Source: Chloroflexia bacterium (GTDB lineage Bacteria > Chloroflexota > Chloroflexia > QHBQ01 > JADMIH01). Taken from it: DNA of 28,627 nucleotides. Where the stretch lies: contig JBDSDS010000242.1 in assembly GCA_039920445.1 (NCBI GenBank), positions 1 to 28,627 of the forward strand. The letters are read 5' to 3'. The number at the start of each line of letters is the position of its first letter. Positions within the stretch are counted from its first letter, which is position 1. Shown one piece after another: positions 16,906 through 25,074 of this stretch. Below the pieces are notes generated by a model. It was not told the origin of the DNA. It did no database searches and was given only the letters and a program-made list of their open reading frames with translations. A program made the position numbers and the translations under genes.

Positions 16906-18201
16906 TCATGAGACCTGAGCGTCTATTGGTGCGGTCTGGGAATAATCGGTCGCGTATGGGCTGCTTTTATCGGTAGCCTCTCGGCGGCGATGTTTGCCTG
17001 CGCGACGCGCAAATGCCTCCTCGTAGATTGCCTCGATTCGGTCGATTGCGCTCTCCCAATTCAGGTCAACGATGCACTTATGCCTCAGTTGAACCCCTAT
17101 ACCGATGTACTTTGCACGGTTATCGAGCACTTCGCGCAGCTTCTCGGCAAGGGAGCGGGAATTGCCCCTTTGAGCATACACACCGAGCGACCCGAGGAAC
17201 TCCCGGCTGACCGGCGTCTCGAACGTAACTACCGGCAGACCCATCGCCATGTAATTGCCGATCTTGCCCGCGCCCTCGGTGGTAGACAGTTTGGGCGCGA
17301 CCGCCACATCTCCCACCGCAAGGTATCTGGGCACGTCCGCATAGGGTATTCTACCGGGAAAGCTAACGTAGCCGTTCAAGCCAAGCCTGTCTGCCTGGGC
17401 GCGGTAGCTGTCGACGCCGGGGAAGCCCATGATGAGGAAATGCGCGTCCGTGCGACCCCACTCATTGACCAGTATCGAGGCTGCTTCGAGAAGCAGGTCG
17501 GTGCCCTGATAAGGCGCAAGCAAGCCGATGTACGCTACGACACTCCGCTCCGCCGGTATGCCAAACGATTTCTTCAGGGCCCGGGATGCGTTGTGCTCCA
17601 TGCTCGTTCGCGGAGGAGCAAACGTCTTCGTATTCACGGCGTCTATCACAGTGGAAATGCGCCTTGAGCGGTCGCCTGTACGCGCCCTCAGCCCTGCCTC
17701 GGCGTTATGTGATGATGTAATCACCGCATCCGACGAGCGGTCGATGCGTGACTCGATCAAACGCAGCGGTGGAAGAAAGGGCGACCGCTCGCCGATAAAG
17801 TGGTGGTCAAGCATCTCGGCGGTGAGGCTTCCCTGGTAATCGAACACGAGAGGCACGCCCCGCGTCTGACGTACAGTCCAGCCGAGAAGCGCCCCTTCGT
17901 GCAGGTGGGCATGAACTATGTCGGGCTTGAACGTGGCAGCCACCCGTTGCACGGTAAGAGCAAGCGCCACGTCGAAATAGAGCTTGTGCCGCGATGAGCC
18001 GACCATAACGCCCTGATTCCAGGGCACATCGAGCGACCGCCTTATCTTTATGCCGGGTACGTTATTGCCTGTATGGTAAGTGCAGACGAGGATGTCATGC
18101 CCGCGCCCCTGGAGGTGGGTGATCTCCTCCAGTATACGCACGTGCGCCCCATAATCCGAGAAGAAGGAAGTTGGGGCTATTGTTAATATGCGATAGGCCA
18201 A
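16906..18201 (-). CDS. Glycosyltransferase family 4
   Basis: GT-B fold; DIVHAHLHEG, YIGLLAPYQG, FPGRIPY, EGAGKIGNYMAMGLPVV (E-x7 motif variant). TTG start with an AGGGTGAG RBS. Confidence 0.92.
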   Translation of the reverse strand: MAYRILTIAPTSFFSDYGAHVRILEEITHLQGRGHDILVCTYHTGNNVPGIKIRRSLDVPWNQGVMVGSSRHKLYFDVALALTVQRVAATFKPDIVHAHLHEGALLGWTVRQTRGVPLVFDYQGSLTAEMLDHHFIGERSPFLPPLRLIESRIDRSSDAVITSSHNAEAGLRARTGDRSRRISTVIDAVNTKTFAPPRTSMEHNASRALKKSFGIPAERSVVAYIGLLAPYQGTDLLLEAASILVNEWGRTDAHFLIMGFPGVDSYRAQADRLGLNGYVSFPGRIPYADVPRYLAVGDVAVAPKLSTTEGAGKIGNYMAMGLPVVTFETPVSREFLGSLGVYAQRGNSRSLAEKLREVLDNRAKYIGIGVQLRHKCIVDLNWESAIDRIEAIYEEAFARRAGKHRRREATDKSSPYATDYSQTAPIDAQVS

Positions 18202-18217
18202 TAATCTCTCACCCTGC

Positions 18218-18265
18218 CCTGTCTAGTCTGCCTGCCATTATATTCCTGGGTGTTAAGGGTGTCAA
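18218..18265 (-). promoter_or_regulatory. Consensus sigma70 promoter of the GT4 gene (probably also YfhO) with CAGACTAGACAGG at the start site
   Basis: Minus strand TTGACA (18265-18260), 17 nt, TATAAT (18242-18237); the 13-mer lies at 18230-18218. Confidence 0.88.
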
Positions 18266-18367
18266 ATTACGAACTAGATATCAGATGCCAACTCCAAACT
18301 AAACCAAGAATAACTTTGCGTTCTCTGCTACCTTTGCGTCTTTGCGTTTCATCCGTAATTCGTAATT
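18265..18367. repeat. GAATTAC-heptamer palindrome with a nonamer-repeat element nested in its loop
   Basis: AATTACGAA (18265-18273) pairs with TTCGTAATT (18359-18367). The internal segment 18314-18351 is CTTTGCGTTCTCTGCTACCTTTGCGTCTTTGCGTTTCA. Confidence 0.75.
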
Positions 18368-18451
18368 CCCGCAGGGTTGCGCCCCCACGCAGCCCCGTTG
18401 TACAATTCCGCATACTCGTACCGATATTCACCCCGCGAGGTCGCCCGCGCT

Positions 18452-19492
18452 ATGGACTTCACGTCACTACTCATACTGGCAGCCATGCTTGCCTTCGTGC
18501 CGACCATCATCTATGCCCTGATGATATGGTGGCTCGACAGGTATGAGAAAGAGCCGGTGCCTCTCTTGCTGGTGGCGTTCGTGTGGGGCGCGCTGCCCGC
18601 CATCATCCTGGCCCTCATCCTGGAGATTGGCCTCGACATACCGCTCCAGCAATTCATACCGGGCGACGCCGAACGGGATATCACGACCGCCAGCCTCGTC
18701 GCGCCTATCGTGGAAGAGGCGGTCAAGGCGATCATCCTTGTCGTCCTGTTCATCGCCTATAAGCGCGAGTTCGATAACGTGCTTGACGGCGTGATATACG
18801 GCGCGATGGTTGGGCTTGGATTCGCCTTTGTCGAAAACGTGCTTTATTTCTCCTCGGCTGCGAGCGTAGACGAAATGATCATGCTATGGGTCTTGCGGGC
18901 GGGTATATTCGGTCTGAACCACAGTATGTTCACGGCCTTCACCGGGGCAGCGCTCGGCCTGGCGCGTTCTCTTCGCGTAGGGTGGCAGAAAGGGCTTGTA
19001 CCTTCGCTTGGGCTAGGCGTGGCTATGATATTCCACGGACTGCATAACGCCCTGGTAAGTGCAGTGGGGCTACTCTCGAACGATGAGAGCAACAGCGGGC
19101 TTGTGCTAGGGGTCTGCCTCGGCGCGCTGGTCAGCGATTACGGGGGTGTTCTGCTCATCCTGGGGGTGGCGATAGGCTCGAGTGTGCGGGAGGGCCGCAT
19201 TATACGCGAAACCCTGCTGGAGGAGGTGAAACTCGGACGCTTCACCCACGATGAGTACGACATCCTCATATCAGGCCGCAGGCGATGGGGAGCAAGATGG
19301 AAGACTCTGACCTCCTGGGGCTTCAAGCGCTGGCGGCAGACCGGTAGGTTCTTCGACCTGGCAACCGAGCTTGCCTTCCGCAAGCATCGCATGCACGATG
19401 GCGACCCTATCCACCAGAACATATCGGCCCGTGACATCGCCCGCATCCGCCAGGAGATAGACACCCTCCGGTCGGTGATACTAGCTGCGTGA
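18452..19492 (+). CDS. prsW: PrsW-family intramembrane glutamic/metalloprotease with a C-terminal soluble extension
   Basis: DRYEKEP, APIVEEAVK (EExxK), DGVIYG..VGLGFAFVEN, HSMFT, HGLHN. ATG 18452 is preferred over the TTG at 18377. Confidence 0.9.
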   Translation: MDFTSLLILAAMLAFVPTIIYALMIWWLDRYEKEPVPLLLVAFVWGALPAIILALILEIGLDIPLQQFIPGDAERDITTASLVAPIVEEAVKAIILVVLFIAYKREFDNVLDGVIYGAMVGLGFAFVENVLYFSSAASVDEMIMLWVLRAGIFGLNHSMFTAFTGAALGLARSLRVGWQKGLVPSLGLGVAMIFHGLHNALVSAVGLLSNDESNSGLVLGVCLGALVSDYGGVLLILGVAIGSSVREGRIIRETLLEEVKLGRFTHDEYDILISGRRRWGARWKTLTSWGFKRWRQTGRFFDLATELAFRKHRMHDGDPIHQNISARDIARIRQEIDTLRSVILAA

Positions 19493-19539
19493 GACGTGAT
19501 TACGGGATCGCCAAGAGCGACAAGAGTTTTAATTTGTTT

Positions 19540-19671
19540 TGAAACGCAAAGGCGCAAAGGAAGCAGAGAACGCAGAGGGATTTAGGGCATGGGGGTTAGT
19601 AGTCGTCAATCATCTACATTACAAAACCCATAATACCCTCCGTGCTTCCTGAGTCCTTTGTGCCCTCTGTG
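19540..19671. repeat. Facing nonamer (CRCARAG-type) repeat arrays downstream of prsW
   Basis: 19540-19577 is the reverse complement of 18314-18351 at 35/38 nt; an oppositely oriented 9-nt-period array CCCTCCGTG/CTTCCTGAG/TCCTTTGTG/CCCTCTGTG lies at 19636-19671. Confidence 0.8.
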
Positions 19672-19718
19672 ACTCCGTTCATGTTCATGGCTAATAGTTC
19701 CATCAGGAGTAAAGATAT

Positions 19719-20711
19719 ATGCCAACACTACCCAGACATTCCAACCTGGCAATCGCACTAGTCTCCGGGGCGGGAATCTTTTATGCAGCGCGCCGTGTAG
19801 CATATGCCCCCGCAGACCCTGGTGTGACTGCTCGTGCCAATGCTGCCGCGCATTCGGGTCCCTGGATACATGGTCACGCCGATCTCGACGGGGTACGGCT
19901 TCATTATGCCGAGATGGGCAGTGGGCCTCTAGTCGTACTGCTGCACGGCTTCCCCCAATGTTGGTATGCGTGGCGCAATGTCATGCCCCGGCTGGCGCAG
20001 CATTTCCACGTGGTCGCGCCCGACATGCGTGGCTATAACGAGAGCAGTAAGCCCAGCGGCGTATCCTCCTATAACATCGAAAAAGTGAGCGCGGATATAG
20101 TCGGGCTAATTGGCGCCCTGGGGGAGGAGAAGGCTCATATAGTGGGCCACGACTGGGGTGGCAGCGCCGCATGGTATATGGGCGCGCACCATGCCAACCG
20201 CATAAACAGGCTGGCGGTGATCAACGCGCCCCACCCTGCAGCCTTTCAGCGAGAACTTCGCCGGTCCAAGCAGGCGTTGCGAAGTTGGTACGTTTTAGCC
20301 TTCCAACTCCCGGTCATAGCAGAAGCGGTACTACGGCTGACGCTGCGCCGCAGTTTACTCTCATCCGCGCCCTCGCCGGGCACATTCAACGATGAAGCGC
20401 TAGACGTATACGAGAACGCTGTTTCTCAGCCAGGCGCAGCCACCGCCATGCTCAACTACTACCGCGCCGCCGTTCGCCAAGCCCCTAGCCTGATGCCCCA
20501 GGCTACCCTCCCTATCAGTCTCCCGACGCTCCTCATCTGGGGCATGAAAGACTTCGCGCTGGTTCCCGAACTGATTGAGGGCCTAGAGCCATACGTGTCC
20601 AACCTGCACGTCGAGCGGGTAGAGGAGAGCGGCCACTGGGTTCCCGAAGAGAAGCCACACCTGGTAGCGGACGCCCTGGTGGACTTCCTCTCTGAAGGCA
20701 ATAACCTATAG
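19719..20711 (+). CDS. Alpha/beta hydrolase, epoxide-hydrolase-like
   Basis: LLHGFPQCWYAWR, APDMRGYN, GHDWGG (Asp nucleophile), MLNYYRA, WGMKD, SGHWVPEE. Confidence 0.93.
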   Translation: MPTLPRHSNLAIALVSGAGIFYAARRVAYAPADPGVTARANAAAHSGPWIHGHADLDGVRLHYAEMGSGPLVVLLHGFPQCWYAWRNVMPRLAQHFHVVAPDMRGYNESSKPSGVSSYNIEKVSADIVGLIGALGEEKAHIVGHDWGGSAAWYMGAHHANRINRLAVINAPHPAAFQRELRRSKQALRSWYVLAFQLPVIAEAVLRLTLRRSLLSSAPSPGTFNDEALDVYENAVSQPGAATAMLNYYRAAVRQAPSLMPQATLPISLPTLLIWGMKDFALVPELIEGLEPYVSNLHVERVEESGHWVPEEKPHLVADALVDFLSEGNNL

Positions 20712-20725
20712 TTACCGATGGAAGT

Positions 20726-22597
20726 CTACCGCCCGACCTGCTTGTTCGAATAATAGACCTCTTTGTTGCCGTCGCGGTCGGTGTTGAAGGCTATGTGCAG
20801 CCAGCCCCGACTGTAGTCTATGGTGGGCGCTTTCTGCCAGCCACTGCCCACTCCCCAGTCCGCGAACGGCACGGTGGGTACGCTGAATGTGCTGCCTGAG
20901 CCGCTTATGTAGGAGATGCGATAGTTGCCCCGCCTCCCTACATAACTATCACTCTCGTACACTATATGAGCCGTACCCGACATATCAACCACCATGGCGC
21001 TGGTGTATGTTTCACCTGTATCGCGCACTATCCGCGCCAGCCCGCTAAACCAGCCCCTACCAGGCAACCATTCGCGGTAATAGAGGTCCGTGAGCCTCGG
21101 ATCGGCGCGAGGGTCGCACTGTTCGTCTGACCAACTCATGCGTATACCGCCGCTGCCCGATGGATCAGCCGCAAGCGCGGGAAGGTAAGTTCTGGTATTG
21201 CCGGGGCAGCCGTCGCAACAGTCCGAGGATACATTCTGCACCTCCCACGAGTTTGGCCCCTTGCGGTGGGCGGCATAAACATCCGTGTTGCCGCCTGGCC
21301 CCGCGGCCCTGTATGCGGCCATCACTGTGCCCTGCGTCCCAACCTCCAACGCTACTGATGTAGGCGCGCCCGACGAGACAATAGACTCACCCTGCACCGT
21401 CCATGTGCCATTCTCAACCCTCTGGTAATAGAGCACATTGATGTTATTCTCGCCAAACAGCACATGCACACTGTTGTCCGGCCCAATAGCAAGTGCCGTG
21501 CTCTTCAGCCCCCTGCCGCACGTATTGGGCACCGTTTCCACAGGCGACACGCTTCCATCCACCTCGATACGGGCGTAATAATCACACACCACATCGGCGG
21601 GCTGCTCCCACCAGATCAAGTGGCGGCGGCCTAACGAGTCATGCCTGACCTTGACCCCACCCGCGCCCTTGAAAACAGTGCTACGTAGTTTTATCGAGCG
21701 GAAGGGGTCGGCAGGCGAATTGATGCTGGACACGCGGATGAAGTTGCTGTCGGTCGGGTCATCGCGCTGCTCCCAGGCTATAGTCATCCCTCCGTTGATG
21801 GGAGAAGCAGCAATAGATGGGTTGTTGTCATACATAGGGTTGTTCGATACATTTACGGGCGTAATCCAATCGCGTAGAGGACCGGAAGCGGTAGGGAAAG
21901 GAGCAGGCGCAGGAGGTGGCGGCGCGGGTGGAGGTGGAGCGCCTCCCGCCTGGGCATACTTCGCCTTGTGGCGGAAAGTGCCAAGCTGGGACAGAAGCAC
22001 GTTATAAGGCGGCTTGTTGTCAGGGTGGAACTCGAACACTGCGCGCTCGAAATACTGGACAGTATAAGTCTTACTGTCGAGGTCGCTTTTCTCCTGGAAC
22101 TCATCCGAGATCGGGTAGCCCTGCTGGGCGACGCTGCCGCCTGTCTTCCAGTACGCCAGGAATGCCCCACCTACTTTCTTGCCGGTTTGCGGAAAGAGCG
22201 CGGTGCCGGGATCGCTATTGGCCTTCTGGTTAGGCGCGCCCGCGGGATATTTTTCCTTGTAGCGTGTCACCCCGACGAGTGAGAGCAAGACATTATAGGG
22301 CGGTTGGTTCTCAGTATGCAGCTCAAACACTGCTCGCTCAAAGTACTGTACCAGGTAAGTCTTACCGTTGATCTCGCTCCGTTCCTGTATCTCACCTGAT
22401 ATAGGATAACCCTGCTGAGCCAGGCCGCCATGCTCTTGCCAGTACTTCCAGAACCAGCCCTTGACACTCTGCTTGGTCTCAGGGAAATAGCGAGACTCGG
22501 GGGTTCCCTGCGCCTGTGCCAACCCCAGAGGAGAGGGACCTGCGGTCGAAAGCAACAAAAAGACCAGGGCTAAGAAAAGCCGTACTATCACGCGCAT
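20726..22597 (-). CDS. Secreted protein: two Chloroflexota-type YFPET/FERA repeats, a Pro-rich linker and a probable beta-propeller domain
   Basis: Signal peptide MRVIVRLFLALVFLLL...AQA; repeats GGLAQQGYPISGE..VQYFERAVFELH and GSVAQQGYPISDE..VQYFERAVFEFH; linker APPPPAPPPPAPAP; repeated P.ia.D..G..Hi.W/Y blades. Confidence 0.78.
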   Translation of the reverse strand: MRVIVRLFLALVFLLLSTAGPSPLGLAQAQGTPESRYFPETKQSVKGWFWKYWQEHGGLAQQGYPISGEIQERSEINGKTYLVQYFERAVFELHTENQPPYNVLLSLVGVTRYKEKYPAGAPNQKANSDPGTALFPQTGKKVGGAFLAYWKTGGSVAQQGYPISDEFQEKSDLDSKTYTVQYFERAVFEFHPDNKPPYNVLLSQLGTFRHKAKYAQAGGAPPPPAPPPPAPAPFPTASGPLRDWITPVNVSNNPMYDNNPSIAASPINGGMTIAWEQRDDPTDSNFIRVSSINSPADPFRSIKLRSTVFKGAGGVKVRHDSLGRRHLIWWEQPADVVCDYYARIEVDGSVSPVETVPNTCGRGLKSTALAIGPDNSVHVLFGENNINVLYYQRVENGTWTVQGESIVSSGAPTSVALEVGTQGTVMAAYRAAGPGGNTDVYAAHRKGPNSWEVQNVSSDCCDGCPGNTRTYLPALAADPSGSGGIRMSWSDEQCDPRADPRLTDLYYREWLPGRGWFSGLARIVRDTGETYTSAMVVDMSGTAHIVYESDSYVGRRGNYRISYISGSGSTFSVPTVPFADWGVGSGWQKAPTIDYSRGWLHIAFNTDRDGNKEVYYSNKQVGR

Positions 22598-22617
22598 TCG
22601 TATACCCTTTCTCACAC

Positions 22618-22673
22618 TACGAATTACGAATTACGAATTGATTTGCTTCCCCGTAATTCGTAATTCGTAATTC
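22618..22673. repeat. GAATTAC-heptamer palindromic element (19-bp perfect arms, 15-nt loop)
   Basis: GAATTACGAATTACGAATT (22621-22639) and AATTCGTAATTCGTAATTC (22655-22673). Confidence 0.93.
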
Positions 22674-22870
22674 CCGATGTCTGCCCCGCTCCCTATATAT
22701 AAGCGGCTACTATAATATTACCAAAAATATTAGAGAAATGCGCCCTCTGGAGATAGGAAAATCGGGCTAGCATTCCCGTGAGACAGTTATACCGAATTCC
22801 CCTCGTTCAGTTATAATATAGAGTACCAGTGATGATCTGGCTGCACTATGACTTCGGAGGCATATTATAG

Positions 22871-24058
22871 ATGGCACACTCTGAGGCCGAGCATAAGCAC
22901 GTGCGAGACATGCTCAGTCGGAATGATACGCGGCTTCTAGCCGTGTGGGAGCATTCGGCCGACGCGATGTCTCTTAGTGACTCCGAAGGTGTGGTACTGG
23001 CGGCTAACCTTGCCTATTATCAACTATACGGATATTCGGCTGAACAGGTAATAGGCGAATGCTTTGCAATCATATTTTCTCCTGAAGAACAAGCCTCAGT
23101 TGTGGAGCGATACAAGCAGATCTTCCAGAGTGTCGATGATGTATATGCCTTCGAAACTGTTGTCCGCCGGGCTGATGGCACGGTACGTATCGTCGAGTCC
23201 CGAATCGGTTTCATACAGGAGGATGGTCGTAGAACCGCCATGCTCTCTATCATCCGCGATATAACCGAGCGCGTGCGATTGGAGGAGGAGCGAGACGAAC
23301 TTCTGGCGAGAGAGAGACAGGCGCGGGCCGATGCGGAAGAAGCAGTACGCAGCCGTGACCTCTTCCTGTCGGTGGTGTCGCACGACCTGAAGAACCCTCT
23401 TGCGATAATCAAAGGCAACACGCAGTTATTGCAGCGCCATATCAAGAACTCGACCGTGCCGAGGATAGAGCGCTTGAATGATGGACTGTCGAGGATCGAT
23501 GAGACGGTGAACAGGATGAACCTCGTGCTCGACGACCTGATGGATTTCGCGGGCGTCCAGTCGGGACAGCAACTCTCGTTGCAGCGTAAGGTGGTCGATT
23601 TGGTGGGGCTTATGCGCCGGATTGTCGTAGATCGCCAGGGGACCACGGAGTTGCATCAGATTCGCTTTATCGCAAATCAAGGGAGGCTAACAGGCGTCTG
23701 GGATGCCAACAGGTTGGAGAGGGTAGTCGAGAATATCCTCTCCAATGCTATCAAGTACAGTCCTCAGGGTGGCGAGATTGAGGTGAGTGTATCGCAGGTC
23801 GAGGGTATATCAGGTCGGAGAGCTGTGATTACAGTAAGGGACAAAGGGCTAGGGATTTCAGCCGAAGACCTCCCGTACATTTTCGAATGGTTCCGCCGGG
23901 CGGGAAATGTCTCCGGCAAGATAAGTGGCGCCGGAATAGGGTTGGCGAGTGCCCGCCACACCGTCGAGCAGCATGGGGGTACGATAGAGGTGGAGAGCGA
24001 GGTGGGGGAAGGCTCCACCTTTACCATTACCCTGCCGTTGAATGCCCCAGGGCCGTGA
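22871..24058 (+). CDS. Cytoplasmic PAS-domain sensor histidine kinase (no adjacent response regulator)
   Basis: PAS (NLAYYQLYGYSAEQVIG...RRADG...IIRDITER), H-box VSHDLKNPL, N-box NILSNAIKYS, D.GLGI, F-box IFEWFRR, G-box GAGIGL; GGAGG RBS; no TM segments. Confidence 0.95.
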   Translation: MAHSEAEHKHVRDMLSRNDTRLLAVWEHSADAMSLSDSEGVVLAANLAYYQLYGYSAEQVIGECFAIIFSPEEQASVVERYKQIFQSVDDVYAFETVVRRADGTVRIVESRIGFIQEDGRRTAMLSIIRDITERVRLEEERDELLARERQARADAEEAVRSRDLFLSVVSHDLKNPLAIIKGNTQLLQRHIKNSTVPRIERLNDGLSRIDETVNRMNLVLDDLMDFAGVQSGQQLSLQRKVVDLVGLMRRIVVDRQGTTELHQIRFIANQGRLTGVWDANRLERVVENILSNAIKYSPQGGEIEVSVSQVEGISGRRAVITVRDKGLGISAEDLPYIFEWFRRAGNVSGKISGAGIGLASARHTVEQHGGTIEVESEVGEGSTFTITLPLNAPGP

Positions 24059-24081
24059 GCACGGAGAGATGTCCAGCTTGA

Positions 24082-24306
24082 TATGACCTGAGTTTCCTAA
24101 ATATACGCCTTCCGTTCCTATGTGCTAAGGGACATTCTCGCGTTGGAAGTTGTTGCTTACCTCATCGCCTGCACTCTGAATGGGGTAGCTACTCTTTATG
24201 CGATCCCGTGATGGTAGAGTGTGCCAGGGAGATACGCCGTATGCAGAAGGAACGGCTGTCGATTGCAGAGATACTTAAAGCGCTTGCTGCCCGCATGACA
24301 CAGTAG
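24082..24306 (+). pseudogene. Possible decayed MerR-type HTH gene
   Basis: The open frame ends GSYSLCDPVMVECAREIRRMQKERLSIAEILKAL, resembling MerR GYRLY...IRxLQxxGLSLxEI; the 5' part appears frameshifted (FRSYVLRDIL in another frame). Confidence 0.35.
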
Positions 24307-24321
24307 AAAGGACCAGCACCC

Positions 24322-24405
24322 ATGACCTACCGCAAGAATCTGATCAAAGTGGCCCTACACCTGAAAGTTAGCGACGCGGTCACAAGCAGGAGGAGCACAA
24401 TATGA
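24322..24405 (+). pseudogene. 5' stub of a DUF1156-family adenine DNA methylase gene
   Basis: AGAAAGGA RBS, then MTYRKNLIKVALHLKV, resembling the recalled DUF1156 N-terminus MTYxKKLIEVALPL; stops after 27 aa with an ATGA overlap to the next ORF. Confidence 0.65.
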
Positions 24406-25069
24406 ACTCGCCACAGCCCATGGTTGACCAACTCTATAAACCGTATGCACTCGCCGCTATAATGGCGCGCTTCAAGTTGACCTATGCCACTTTCGATAAC
24501 CCCAAGTTCGTCGAAGAGGAGCCTGCCTATAAGCGCAAGGCCCAGCAATGGGTTCAGGAACTGCTCGCCCAACCGCGCCTCGACAAATTCAAAGACGAAG
24601 GGCACTTTGAAGAGGCCAAGACCGAGATAAACGAGCCTGCTCCGGCACCTTCGACGGCATAGCAAATAACCTCCTCAACAAGTTTGATATGCTGTCCATA
24701 ACTAACGCGCCTGCGGAAGAGCTGGTGAGAACCCTTTATAATCTGCTCTACGGCACAGGCTCTTTTGGCCCTCGATTCGAGGCCTGGGTAGATGTCCTCG
24801 CCAGAGACAAACCGAGCGTATAGCCTACGGCCACTTACTTCCTGATGATGCACGACCCGACCATGCATATCTTCGTCAAGCCCGAACCTTTCAAGAAACT
24901 CCTAAGCGCTCTACGCAGCAAGATCGAGTGGCAAACTCAACCTACCGCAGCCAAGTACACCGAGATACGGCGGCTGGCTGCCGCCCTGCTGGACGAGCTT
25001 GCTCCCCTTGGAGCGCGCGACATGATCGATGTGCAGTCGTTTGTATGGGCCATGTTTCCGACAAAGTGA
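24402..25069 (+). pseudogene. Disrupted gene of the RDMIDVQSFxW family (restriction/McrB-N-terminal-like domain)
   Basis: ORFs 24402-24662 and 24845-25069 join into one protein if one A is restored in the 24629-24631 run (EIKRAC...NNLLNKFD...LLYG..RF) and TAG 24821-24823 is read as TGG (W-PTATYFL..DP..HIFVKP...RDMIDVQSFVW). Confidence 0.75.
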
Positions 25070-25074
25070 TTTAG

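Noticed and set aside
18314-19577. prsW as a composite transposon
   Set aside because: No transposase, no outer target duplication, and the arms belong to a nonamer repeat also seen at 19636-19671. Kept only as a lower-interest finding.
22713-22732. TAATATT-N6-AATATTA palindrome in the divergent promoter region
   Set aside because: AT-rich context makes a chance match likely and no regulator can be assigned.
22871-24058. PAS kinase as the partner of the response regulator at 1-758
   Set aside because: They are 22 kb apart and the regulator lacks the phosphoacceptor Asp.
24629-24823. Programmed frameshift or amber readthrough in the 24402-25069 gene
   Set aside because: No slippery heptamer at the shift, and the TAG falls where a Trp fits the family motif. 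Two independent lesions indicate decay.
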